NCBI GenBank assembly: GCA_951406725.2
Contig: OX597821.1
Span: forward strand, 64,046,001 to 64,110,000
Length of the DNA stretch: 64,000 bases
DNA from: Octopus vulgaris
Lineage: Eukaryota
Direction of reading: 5' to 3'
Numbering within the stretch: position 1 is the first letter of the stretch; each line of letters starts with the position of its first letter. The position numbers and the translations under genes were made by a program. The notes under the pieces are model-generated. The model ran no database searches, was not told the DNA's origin, and was given only the letters and a program-made list of their open reading frames with translations. Shown in pieces: positions 42,877-56,122 of this stretch.

Positions 42877-42898
42877 TAATAATAATAATAATAATAAT

Positions 42899-43110
42899 CC
42901 TTTCTATGATAGGTACAAGATCTGAAGTTTTTGTGTGAGGCTAGCCGAATACATCGACACCAGTGTTTTACTGGGTCTTATTTTATCAACCTCTAAAAAA
43001 TGAAAAGCAAAGCCGACTTCGTTGATATTTGAACTCAGAATGAAAAGACAGACATAAGGCCACTAAGCATTTTGCGCAACGTGCTAACGATTCTGCCAGC
43101 TCGACACCTT
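42899..43110 (-). mobile_element. SINE S1 copy
   Basis: S1 motifs; followed by (AAC)n. Confidence 0.75.
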
Positions 43111-43266
<156 letters not shown>

Positions 43267-45072
43267 TAATAATGGTAGAGCTAATGATGGCGGTGGTAGT
43301 GGTAGTGGTGAGGGTGAGAATAAGAAAGGTGATGACTAGGCATCACGAATATTTTTTTTAAGAATGATAGAAAATAAATTAAAGAGTTCTTGAATCATTA
43401 ATGAGAACGACAGAGAAAACAATAATTGGAAAGGAGACACGTTCTACAGAAATATGAAACACCACAAAATATCTAAAATAAAAGATATTTCAGACAAGAG
43501 ATCGTAGTTAAACGACCAATAATTTGTCATGAAAAGCGGCATTATTCCTATTGATAAAACAAACAATTTGTCTCCTAACGAAAAGGATTTTAATAAGAAT
43601 ATCCTGTAAAAAAAAATGTGAAATCAATGCAGCTCCAATAATTAAACAAATAAAAGATTTACTGGAAAGAATGTCGATAGCAGATGTCTCATCATGAACG
43701 ATAATGCTGGACATAATAAGCGAAACACGAGAAGTTTATTGAGAAAAAATAACAAACCCAGTAGTTACTGACGTACTACAAAACACGAGCAACAGACAGC
43801 ACCAAAAAAATGGTAAATCATTAGGAAGATATTTAACTCGCACCTACGAAGTACCTTCAAAGACATTCAATTATATACTTGCTGAAAGAGCAAGAATGAA
43901 GACCCAAATTGCTCACCAAAGTAAAAGACTTGCTAATCGAAAGACTGAAGTCTCGAAACTATAGTCCAATACTACTGTTGTTTAAAATACCATATTTTCT
44001 GTCATAGAAGTCGAATTTTTCAGACAAAAATTTACAGCCAAAACATGTAGGTCGACTTATACAACAAAACTGCTTTGATGGGTCAAATATTCTTTTCTAC
44101 TCTAGGCACAAGGCCCGAAATTTGGAGGAGGAGACCAGTCGACTAGATCTACCCCAGTACGCAACTGGTACTTACTTTATCGACAACCACAAATGATGAA
44201 AGGCAAAGTCGGCCTCGGCGGAATGCGTATCTGTCATAGGAATAGTTACCTATTGAGGTAAACGTCTATTGCTGGCCAAGAAAGTCATAACTGAAGATTA
44301 TAAGCAGAAAAAACTATGATCTGAGAAGGGTTATGATTTATTTCAGGAAGCTCTTTTTTACGGTAATACACGTATTTTTTGAAAATGTTAACTATGTGTA
44401 AAGTAGCATTTAGATTGCTATATAAATGATAAATAATTGCTCCATAAATACTATGAGCAAACGGAAGGCGGTTTTACAGATCTATTAATGAAGGGAGACT
44501 GCAAAGGGAAAATCGATTCTTGTTATAAGTGGAAAACAATTTCATTTTGCGCCAAGAGCTTAAACCAGAATTTTAAACCAGCTCACTTGGATAATGATTA
44601 AGTTTAACAACCATAAAATCATCTCCTGTATGTGCATGACCGCAAGCTACATATTAGGTGTAACACTGTTGGACACCTTCTATGTGTAGTCTATGGTTTC
44701 AGTAGACAGAAGTCACAGAGTTCAAAAATATAGATGACTCCTACTTTACAAAGTTACGGCATTAATTCCTGCTGAACTACCTACCTACTTCCACCAGTGT
44801 AACCTTTCCATGAGCAATATGACGTCTTCAGCTCCCTCTAGCAATCGGATCTTTGTAGAGTTTCTATTAAAGGTGGGTGCAGTGAAGTACACGAAAGGGG
44901 GATATCTTATACTACCAATATCTATCAACTTACTGTATACTCTATCTAATAACAACACTATGAAACAGTTATGGTTTTCACATATCCGAATTAAATGATT
45001 TTGGAAATCAACTCTGAAGAAACGAAAAGAAATATTATGTTCGGAAAAGTAGTAAGAGAGTAAATCTTTTGT

Positions 45073-45417
45073 TCATTATTTACATTATTTACAATTGACA
45101 GACATTTGTCCTCATCTTGTTTGTTATTAACACAACGTTTCGGCTGATATACCCTACAAGCTTCATCAGGTATCTTGGGGAAAATTCATACCTGGGTTCT
45201 CATTCCTAAGGTATTTTTCGATGTTCTTGTTGTTCTTCTTCTTATTATTATTATTATTCAAGTCACTGCCTGGATTCGAACTTGGAATCTTGGGGTTAGT
45301 AGCCCGCGCTCTTAACCACTACGCCATATGCCCATGGGCATACAACAAGCAAGATGAGGACAAATATCCGTCAAATGTAGATAATGTGTATGATTCCTCA
45401 TCTCTTAAATATAGATC
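45073..45417 (-). mobile_element. Family H4 copy 2 (tRNA head plus HHR) with an inverted partial copy at its 5' end
   Basis: Homologous to 28211-28482; A box tggcgtagtggttaag, B box agttcgaatcc. ~45342-45388 is an inverted copy of ~45080-45125; TSD aaatcttttgt at 45062-45072 and 45422-45432. Confidence 0.8.
45129..45174 (-). ncRNA. Predicted minimal type-I hammerhead ribozyme (H4), stem II weakened
   Basis: GAUAC-CUGAUGA-AGCU...AGCC-GAAAC-GUU^-GUGUU. Confidence 0.6.
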
Positions 45418-45648
45418 AGTGAAATCTTTTGTCGTTTATGTTTCAGTATTGGAGGCAGCCAGGTTGGAGCACCGCCTTGTAAAGATGCAATCAAACGAAT
45501 CGACCCAGTACTTATATTTTATGCCTGGTACATATTCTATCGATTTTTTTGCTGAAACGCTAAGTTGCGGAGAACATAAACAAACCAACTCTAGTTGTCA
45601 AGTGATGGGATGGAATAAAACACACACACATACATACACACACAAATA

Positions 45649-45701
<53 letters not shown>

Positions 45702-46118
45702 GTGAAATAGAAAGATGAATAATCTTGTTGCAGATTAATCAAAAGTTTAACCGATACCTTGGTAGCAAAAATCACAGCAGAAGACAGCACGGTTGGAGGT
45801 ACAACCATATGGTGTTGCAACCGTGCGTTGGTGCGGATAATTGAATTTTAATATTATTAGTAAATTGAAGAAATGGAGTTTATTGATAAACAGTTTGGCC
45901 ATGGGCTCTTAGGAGCCTCGTTCGATTTGTTTTGCTGCGCCTCTGTTCTGTTTTTGTTTTTGCCAACGGAATTCCTATTTCTTCCTGAAGAGAAAGACAC
46001 AATATGGTCTCCTTATTCAATCGGAATTTGGTAAATTGTGGCTTTCGAAACACGTCTAGAATGCAATAAAACGATTTCTGTTCAATCTTCGTTCAACTCC
46101 ATTTCTTCAATTCACTAA

Positions 46119-46161
<43 letters not shown>

Positions 46162-46739
46162 GATTGAACCCAGAAACGTGTTGCGAAGCAGACTTCTTGC
46201 CACACAGGCACGCATGCGTTTATCTTTGCTAAAATACATAGAAATATACTTTTCTACCCTAGGCACAAGGCCCCCAATTTTTTTGGGGAGGGGGGGGCAG
46301 TCGATTTTTTTTTTTCTTTTATAATTTTTGTATATTTCTTTTATTATAAATACAAAACTGCACCAAGGAAGAATCGACGTAAGCTTAGATAAACCGCGAT
46401 AGGGCGATAAGGAAATGTAGAACAAATATGCAAAGGAATACGAAAGAAAACGTGTTTGTCATTTTTTTGATATACGTTGAGTTTTCTGAGAAACAACATA
46501 TATGTAAACCAGAGGGTGAGATAAGAGAAAGCTATAAGGAAGTTGAAGAAGCAACGTAAGAAAATATTTAATGAATTAACCCCCTAAACATGGAAATACA
46601 AAATGCAATTGGAAATTATTCGCAAGACTACCAAAACCGTAAGTGGAAAAATAATAACCTGCACCACCCGCTCAGGCCTGATCACAATAACTAATCATTG
46701 TAGCCTGCAGGATATGGTTACAATATACGAAAACCTACT

Positions 46740-47413
46740 AAGGCAGGAACGTTGGCACGCCGAGCGAAATGCTTTGCAGTACTTCGTCTGTCGCTACGTT
46801 CTGAGTTCAAATACCGCCGAGGTCGACTTTGCCTTTCATCCTTTCGGGATCGATTAAATGAGTACCAGTTACGCACTGGAATCGATGTAATCGACTTAAT
46901 CCGTTTGTCTGTCCTTGTTTGTCCTCTCTGTGTTTAGACCCTTGTGGGTATTAAAGAAATAGGTATTTCGTCTGTCTTTACATTTTGAGTTCAAATTCAG
47001 CCGAGGTCGACTTTGCCTTTCATCCTTTTGGGGTTGATTAAATAGGTACCAATTACACACTGGGGTCGATATAATCGACTTAATCCGTTTGTCTGTCCTT
47101 TTTTGTCTCCTCTATGTTTAGTCTCCTGTGGGCAATAAAGAAATAAATAAGTAATCATCGTAGCCTGCAGGATGTGGTCCAATATACGGAAACCTACCAA
47201 GGTGACAAGCTGGCAGAAACGTTAGCACACCGAGCGAAATACTTAGCAGTATTTCGTCTGTCTTTATGTTCTGAGTTCAAATTCCACCGAGGTCGACTTT
47301 GCCTTTCATCCTAAGCAGAATTGATAATTTAAGTAGCAGTTGCGTACTCTGGTCGATCTAATAGACGGTCCCACTTCCCAAAAATTTCTGGCCTTGTGCC
47401 TAGAGCAGAAAAG
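46740..47413 (+). mobile_element. SINE S1 trimer with duplicated flanking DNA
   Basis: Two type-2-tailed bodies and one type-1 copy; ~57-bp flank duplicated at 46686-46743 and 47146-47202. Confidence 0.85.
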
Positions 47414-47519
47414 AATATACGAAAACCTGCCGTGTTTGGGGATTTAAAGATGCGTGAGCGCATCAAGGTTTTTAATGCGTTATAGCGTAAAGGGGGCCCA
47501 AATTCGCATACAGGGCCTA

Positions 47520-48345
47520 CAGTAATCACTCACCATATCGCGGTTCACCTATCGTGCCCTCAGTACATCGCGGATTTTTCTGGCTAAATATGTAAATTTA
47601 TATCGCAGACTTCTTAGCATATCGTGTGTTTTTGCGGCCGATGGGTATATATATTTTTGGGGATTTTAATTATTTCTGTGGTAAAATAAGTATTTTCTCA
47701 CTTAAAAATTCATAAATTAATAAATAAAAATGCAGTACAGTACTGCACTTTATATCACTTGAATTTAAATAGATTAAAAGGAAATATGTAGTGTACCGTA
47801 GATGAGAAAACAAAGAATCGCACATACATAATGAAAATCAGGGGACGAGTGTGTGGTGTTGTTCTACATTTATAATAAAATGATTATATACAAATTATAA
47901 AAATAATATTTAAAACTATATATAGAGTACAGTACTGTTTCTACTTCGCGGATTTTCATCTATCAAGGGGATTTTGGGATTGTAACACACCTGATAGTCG
48001 AGGTTATTAAAGGAGCACTCCGTCGGTTACAACGACGAGGGTCCCAGCTGATACGATCAACGGAATATATTGTTCATGAAGTTAACGTGCAAGTGGCTGA
48101 ACACTCCACATATACGTGTACGCTTAACGTAGTTCTCAGGGAGATTCAGCATGACGTAGAGTGTGACAAGGCTGGCCCTTTTGAAATACAGGTACTACTC
48201 ATTTTTACCAGCTGAGTAGATTAGAGCAAAGTGTCTTGCTCAAGGACAGAACGTGTCGCCGGGAATCGAACTCACAACCTTACGATCATGAGTCGAATGC
48301 CCCTAACCACTAAGCCACGCGCCCTCACTAGTCGAGGGATTACTG
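47520..48345. mobile_element. Tc1/pogo(Tigger)-like MITE with a SINE inserted in its right TIR
   Basis: ta|cagtaatcactc ... gagggattactg termini; subterminal tcgcgg repeats. Confidence 0.6.
48010..48328 (-). mobile_element. tRNA-derived SINE family S3
   Basis: A box tggcttagtggttagg, B box gagttcgattccc, CORE-like tgtccttgagcaagacactt. TSD tagtcgagg(tt/g)atta at 47995-48009 and 48329-48342. A decayed copy lies at ~55095-55205. Confidence 0.85.
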
Positions 48346-51300
48346 AATATGTATTACTCAGTTTTTAACTTCGATACTTTTAAAGTGTACTTATGTGGTA
48401 AGAGGTTTGCTTCCCAAACACATGATTCCAGCGTGACACCCATTATAGCCTCGGGGCGATCAGTGCCTTGTGAGTGGATTTGATTGACGGAAACTGAAAG
48501 TCCGACGTTATCTGCGTGTGTGTGTGTGTGTGTATGTGTGTGTGTTTGTGTGTGTGTGTGTTAGTAATCTACCATCGGGCTTAACTATAACGTTCACCTC
48601 ATCGATAAAATACGGTAAGATTGAAATACTAAGAATGATGTAATCGGCTAACCACTGGTGGTACATATAGCCTTTTTGTCAATGATTCATTCATCACCTA
48701 TCCGAGACAACATGGTGCGTTCAGTTGTGAACCATGTTTCGCTCATCACAGATTGATCCATAATGAAGCGAGTCGGCAATCAGTCGAATATACTGCTTGT
48801 ACCACAAACACTGCACCCCAACGACTACTCAGAATGCTCCCCTACCCAGAATGCACATGACTGTGCTGAGAGGCTGCCTGTTTTTTTTTATACGGTTTAC
48901 GTACTCATTCCTATAGAAATGAGGCCAGTTAACAAAAAATACAAAGTTACCTAATCCTAACAAACGACACGAACGAGCGTATTCTCTGCAAGAAATGGTT
49001 TAAATAATCAAAATGATGGTGACTGTGGCAGCTTTGCTGTTGTAGGCTGCAAGTTTTGTGTCAATGGATCTGTCATTCGTTCCAATTACAAACTGAACGG
49101 AGATGGTTCATTTATCACTGTTTTAAGCAACCCTCTGCAACAAACAATGATAGCTGTATAATGTCTAATTTGAAAACAATTATTGCGTTTATTGTTTGTG
49201 TAAGTGTTGTTTCCGTGTTGCTGTTAATGTTGCAATTATTGCTACTGTTTGGTCAATTACTCACAATAATCGAAAAATACTTATTTTCTTTTCCCACCTG
49301 AGGAGGGTGAAGTTGGCTGCAACTGATAAGAGAATCTTTTCCTACTGTTTCCATCTTAGCAACGTTGAAATTAATTTCTGTTGCGAAAACAGAAACAAAT
49401 AATAATTAACAATATACTTTTTTTCTTCTCTAAACAGGCAAGATATATACATGTATGAGTATATGTGTCTGTACGTACGTATCACATACACACGCACACA
49501 CATATGTAACAATTAAGTACTTCTCTTCCGTGATAAAATAACAATAGAATAAACAGCACAACTCTAAATTATGTTTGAGAAAACAGATATTGGAGGAACA
49601 AGTCAAACAGGAGCTGCTTTAAGACGTCTTTCCACGATAAACTTAAAAACAGCAACGACGAGGAAAATATAGTAAATAAAAGAAATAAGAAATACAATAT
49701 GCTTCAAGTAGTTCCGTCCTCCACATATGAACATTAACCGATATTAAATAATGTCACTATAAAATACAAAGATTAGTAGCCAGCCTACTCAACGAAACTG
49801 ACATCACTCCACATGACTAAAGATACAATGGTAGTTCTACAGTCGCTATAATATTGACGTGTGGCTTTATGTCGTTCAAAACCATGCTGGGAAGATGATA
49901 AATTACCCCGTCCGAGCTACTGAATCAATATTGTAACAATAGTTAAGAGGAAAATATATTTCAAACACTACCAATTGTTAAACACTGGTAAGGTGATTAT
50001 CTGTCCATAAATATAAATTCTATATAAATCTCTCTCTCTGTCTCTCTCTCTCTCTGAGGGAAGACTTCCAAAAAATTAATATCAAAGCAATATCTCTTGT
50101 GATCATTTTACCCTAAAATTTTCAAGTCCTATGTTTAAATTGATGAAAATGCCTCAAGCAACTGTTTTTAACTATCTTTCTGAATGAAAAATTGTACAAG
50201 ACTATTTCTGAAAAATTCTAATCGGTCCCAATGCAGAGTTAAGAGGAAAACGCAAAATTTACTATACTCAGAATATCGTCCCATTTCGGATTTTCATGAT
50301 TTTTTAATAAGGGCAACAGACATGATATTGACCCCAGTACTTGACCAGTATTTAATAGGGAAGGATGAAAAACAAATCTAGTCTCGGTAGGACTTGAATA
50401 CAGAACGTAACGAATCGTAATAGATGTAGCAAGCTTTTTTATCAAACCCGCTACAGATTGTGCTATCCACCCACCAAAGGAAAACGCAAATATTATATGT
50501 AAAGAAGCTCCAGATACTCAAATACATGAATCTAGGTAAAAAAAAAAGTCACAGGGGTTTTTTCCGAGGGTGTTTTGTCCTACGGTTTTGTCCGGTGGGG
50601 GTTTGTTCTATAAATTAATTGTGACGTTTTTTCTTGTGACTTGTTTTCCTCGCCAAAATTGTGTCTTTATTACTGTGACTTTATTACCGGTTACCAAATA
50701 AACTACGCTAATATATAGCATGTCTTTCTTTAAGGAGCCAAAACAGTGCAATCAATTGAGGGAAGACAATGGTTAAATAGATTGATTGCAGAAACGGAAT
50801 GATTGGATGATAAAGTGTTGGACTACTCACTCGACTTTTGAGAGTTCGAGACCGCTTTAAAATTCTAGATTGTTTGAGATCAGAAATAATGTTCTTAAAT
50901 AGATTCTTAACCGACTATTAATTTTAGTTGTTTCATTCCAATTTGGGATGGAGATTAAAGCATAGGAGAAATAAATATGCTCACTATTATCAAGGTAGAC
51001 ATTTGTTTTAAATTCCTCTATAACTATGATTGTTTCGCGGAGGCGTTTGCTTTGTAACTTTGTCGTTCTTGCTTTGATCCAACTGCCTGGACCTAAAGAA
51101 CGTCTCTTTTTGCCATAGCACCAGATCGACCGAAACATTCTGAATAAATTTAGTAAGCAGAAATTGTGCGGAAGACAGAGGGAAGAACCGCTCGTCTTTA
51201 TGCGATGTACAAATAATCCGATACTCAGTTAAACGTTTTCATCTGGACAAAAAGGACTCCACTCTGTTGCGAGCACAAAATACTTATAGGCACTTCGTCC

Positions 51301-51637
51301 ACTTTTATATTCTGAATTCAAATTCCACCGAGGTCGGCTTTCATCCTTTCGGTGCTGATAAAATAAGTACTAGTTGAGCATTGAGGTCACTGTAATCGAC
51401 TAGACCCCTCCCTCAAAATTTCAGACCTTCTGCCGAAGTGGTTGATATTATTGTCCTTAAGATTAATCACTTTAACTGAGAGAATCGTTAGCGCGTCGGA
51501 CAATAATTCATACAGGCATTTCTTCCGGATTTACGTTCTGGGTTTAAATATTACTTTGGCTTGTATTAGATAAGGATAAGCTATTTATTACCGTTATTAA
51601 CTTTTCTACCGCCACCTTCACATTCCATGACTACCAT

Positions 51638-52092
51638 TGGGATCGATCAGGTACCGGACAAGGATTCTGGATTACTTTTCCTGTTTTTCTTTTACTTAAC
51701 TTTGAGAGCAGTTGTGGTCATTTTGTATTGGGTTGGTGCATAATTATTGCGGCTTTTTGTCAACAAATTTTATTCAACAAAAACAATAACATCGTTAAAT
51801 GATTATGCAGGAACATATTCATCATCAACTTCATTTAATGCTTCCCATTTGCTTGGCAGACAGTCAGACCGTCACTTAAAGATGTTTTTGTTAAATACTG
51901 CTATTGTTTTGTTGAATAAAATTTGTTGATAGAATGCCGCAATAGTTATGCACCAACCAATAGTTTTCTCGTTTGTGAGAGCAGTCGAGTTTATTTTAGA
52001 GATTCTCATTTTAAAAATCATTTCTGGTTAATCGTTGAGAGGACGTTGGTGTTGCCTTGGCGGAGGTTTGTGCTCTCTGAGTGCTCTTGTTA
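51638..52092 (-). mobile_element. HINE-like element copy 2, interrupted by a mariner MITE
   Basis: Start aacaagagcactcagagagcacaaacctccgccaagg; collinear with ~32150-32360. Confidence 0.65.
51728..51960. mobile_element. 233-bp mariner-type MITE
   Basis: TIRs ttgggttggtgcataattattgcggc / gccgcaatagttatgcaccaaccaa with TA TSDs; the empty site is visible in the 32.27-kb paralog. Confidence 0.88.
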
Positions 52093-52467
52093 TTCTTAAT
52101 ATTACATCAGACAAATTGGTTAGAAGTACTTTTTCCGGTGAGGATAATTTTGCCTTTGTTTGTTGGTCGATAAATTAAAGTCGAATTGCTGCAATACTCC
52201 AAAAAGTTAGAAAAAAAAATAGAATTAATAATGTTTACATAATAGAAACGCAATAATTAAGTATTCTTACACAAGAACTACTCCCCAGAGAATAAAGATT
52301 ATATATGACACTCTGGCACAAAGCTAAAAGATGGCAATACCACATCTATTGAATAGATATTAATCTCAATAAGTGTGAGTTTCAATTCATGTGTGTGTGT
52401 GTGTTTGCGCGCGTGTGTGTGTCACTATTTTCTCTGTCAACCTCACTGTCTCTCCATCACGTTACAT

Positions 52468-52512
<45 letters not shown>

Positions 52513-52537
52513 ATATATATATGTATATATATATTTG

Positions 52538-52570
<33 letters not shown>

Positions 52571-52597
52571 ATATATATATATGTATATATATATATT

Positions 52598-52666
<69 letters not shown>

Positions 52667-52902
52667 ACGGCTGTAGGTGTATGGATAAATGTATTTAGTG
52701 GATTTGATGTTCGTGATAATGGAGTGTGCGCTAATAATTGTTGAAAGAGGCGATAATGACATAGCTTAAAACATTTTAATCGTTTCCAGCAACGCAATTC
52801 TATAAGATTTTTATCCCTTTCAAAGAGGAAAATTTGAAAATACACGAAAGGGAAAATCACATCAATAATCATACTTATACACACGCACATCATATATATA
52901 TG

Positions 52903-52934
<32 letters not shown>

Positions 52935-53106
52935 CGCTCGTGCATATAAAATGTAGATATGCTTCTATGTATATATATATATATATATGAACACGTGTAT
53001 AAACAAATTCGGATTGAAATTATATCGGCGTACAGAAATACTTACTGTCGTTGATGCATACCCACCCAACACATTCACAAAATACAACCATGCATTGATC
53101 CACAGG

Positions 53107-53155
<49 letters not shown>

Positions 53156-53574
53156 ATATATATGTATGTATATATATATGTATGTATATATATATGTATA
53201 TTTATATATATATATATGTATATACATACATATGTATATATATCAGTCATATATATATCATATTTACATATGTGTATATATGTATGTCATATATATATAT
53301 ATATCATACATATATGTACTTGTATATCTATATATATGCTTGATAATTGTATGTACACATATACATGTTTGTATGTATATATAGATATGCATATATATAT
53401 ACGCATATGTGTATGTGCTTACATGTTTGTATACATGTATGAATACAGGCATGCATACATTCACATTTGTAAGAGTGAATGTATGAAAGGGACGGAGTGA
53501 AAGAGAGAGAGGAAGACAGAAAAATTAATTTATACAAATTGATATGAATGGATAAATAGACAGACAGATGGGCA

Positions 53575-53774
<200 letters not shown>

Positions 53775-54227
53775 TTCTGAAGGATAACACACATAAATAT
53801 CTTCGCTTTTTATGGCAGCAGCACATAAAAGCCTTTTATCATCTGTTTAGCAACATACTACTTTCGCATATTTTTGAGGAACATCCGTTAGGTATTTTTG
53901 GCCTCCCAAACTTTCGCCTCGCGTAGAAGGCTTGATAGATTAACTCCATCTTTGACGACAGAGAGGTGTTTAAGAAATATCTATGTCCAGCAATTGCTGT
54001 CATTAATAATGAATACGGTGTTTTATGTGAAAATGTCAGCAATATAGTTATGAAAACGGGCTGAAATAATCTGCTAAACTCGTATCCTAGTGACAGAGTG
54101 CGAGTATGTTTGTGCGTATTACTTGCTTTGACTCTATTATCTCTTGCATCACATATGTGCACACACACACAAGCACAATCACACATGCAAATATACATGA
54201 GCGCACACATATACACTCACACATAAC

Positions 54228-54267
<40 letters not shown>

Positions 54268-54369
54268 AACACAAACATAAGTATATATATATATATGTGT
54301 ATATATATACACACAAACACAAGCATATATATATACTCACGTATATAGATAGACAGACAGAGGTAGATC

Positions 54370-54407
<38 letters not shown>

Positions 54408-54411
54408 TAGG

Positions 54412-54474
<63 letters not shown>

Positions 54475-55944
54475 ACTTTAAAACGAACAAGGAAGGAATA
54501 CCAAAGTTCGGTATAATTAGGATAACGATTTCATGAAAAACGATAGAGAGATAGAGAGAGGCGGGAGACAGATTGTGTGTGTGTGTGTGTATGTACGCAA
54601 ATGAGTGAGTGCGCGGGTATGTGACCGCTTGCATGCGGGTATCTAAAATGTCGACACATTATTTATCTCTCTTTAAGTTTGTGTGCTCTGGATGAATGTG
54701 GGATTGTAAAATGTGCATGCGTATACTGTGTGCGCATGCGTATACTTCTCCGTGAGTATGCCTTTGAGTAATCCAAATAAAACTACACATTTTAACAATA
54801 ACTTCATTACGCTGCTTATCTTAAGGATAAGAAATGAACGTGGAATCAACGAATTCAAACCTGCTGTGCTTTGAAACATATCTTAAACAGCAACTTTCAT
54901 CCAATAAAGATCGATGAAGGGAAGAAAAATCAAAAGACACTCTAAACAAGAACAAAAACAACTTATTCCAGAATTCTCCTGCACAAAAATGATTAAAAAA
55001 AAAATTCTATGAACTTGAAGCATTGTTGTAAATTTCCTGGCGAAATTTATTTATTTAGCTATCGTAATATGCTGAAGTACGTGAAATGTAAACGGATCTC
55101 CGTCGCTTTCGATGATGAGCGCTCCAATTGTTCAACTAACGGAATGGTTTACTCGCTGAATTAACGAGTGACTGAATCATTCCATAGACACGTGTATCTT
55201 TAAAGTTGAATCAATGTGTCGCACTGTAAATGTATGTTTCTTTACCAATTTCTCAGAGGAATGTGTATGCTGGACTGCATTTTATGCAAGCATGACAAAT
55301 GCGTTATATCATAGTACATTTTCATTCGAAGGTTTATTAAACAGGAGAACAATTCAATATAGACATCTAATGGTTGCTGGTTGTATTTAGCGAGATTAGA
55401 AATCTAGCTTCGATGTAGTAGTATACCTAATAATGGTCAGTAAGCTTCAGAAAGAGGAAAGAGTTGATCTGTCGTTAATCAAGAAGCCCTCACGATTAAA
55501 TTTCAGCAAAGGAAAATTGGACGTTGTTTCTACTATACTAGGCTGCGCTCTTGTTTGCTTGTGGAGAGGTGAGAATGTGTGTTCTATGGTGACTCACAAA
55601 CCTCTGTAGTTTTTTTCTTGGCACGAATTTGCTTTGATACAAAGAGACGCGGGAGAAATTCGAGGACAATGCAGATGACGTTCATGGTTTGGCATGATAT
55701 CGCTGCAAGCTATTGAGCTCGTAATCTGGACAGACGCCGTGACAAAACCATGACCTGCGTTTGGCATCGACCTGGTAACTGAGAAGTGTGTGAGTTGAGA
55801 AGACTGGATCTTAGAATGACGCATGCACTTCTCTAAGCTGCTACGAAGTGAGATTGAACTTGAGACGCTAAGTATGGCTTTGTGGTGAATTAAAAATGAT
55901 TGTTTCGTTTGATTATTTAGCTGTGGTTTGTTGCTACAGCAGCT

Positions 55945-56122
55945 GCTTGGTTAGGGCGGCGGACTTGCAGTCGTAAGAACGCGGTTTCGATTCCCAGACC
56001 GGGCATTGTGAGTGTTTATTGAGCAAAAACACCTAAGCTCCACGAGGCTCCGGCGAGGAGTAGAAGTGAACCCCGCTGTACTCTTTCAACACAACTTTTT
56101 TTCACTCTTTCTTCCTACTTCT
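55945..56122 (+). mobile_element. tRNA-derived SINE family S4, 3'-truncated
   Basis: ggttagggcggcggacttgcagtc..gcggtttcgattcccag; homologous to 59712-59983. Confidence 0.78.

Noticed and set aside
48255-48328. Functional tRNA genes (also SINE heads at 28.4, 45.3, 55.9 and 59.9 kb, and B-box hits at ~7852 and ~58905)
   Set aside because: No proper acceptor stem; most run directly into SINE bodies.
50980-51150. Possible host exon on the minus strand after ttattcag
   Set aside because: No recognisable protein in any frame and no partner exons; needs RNA-seq.
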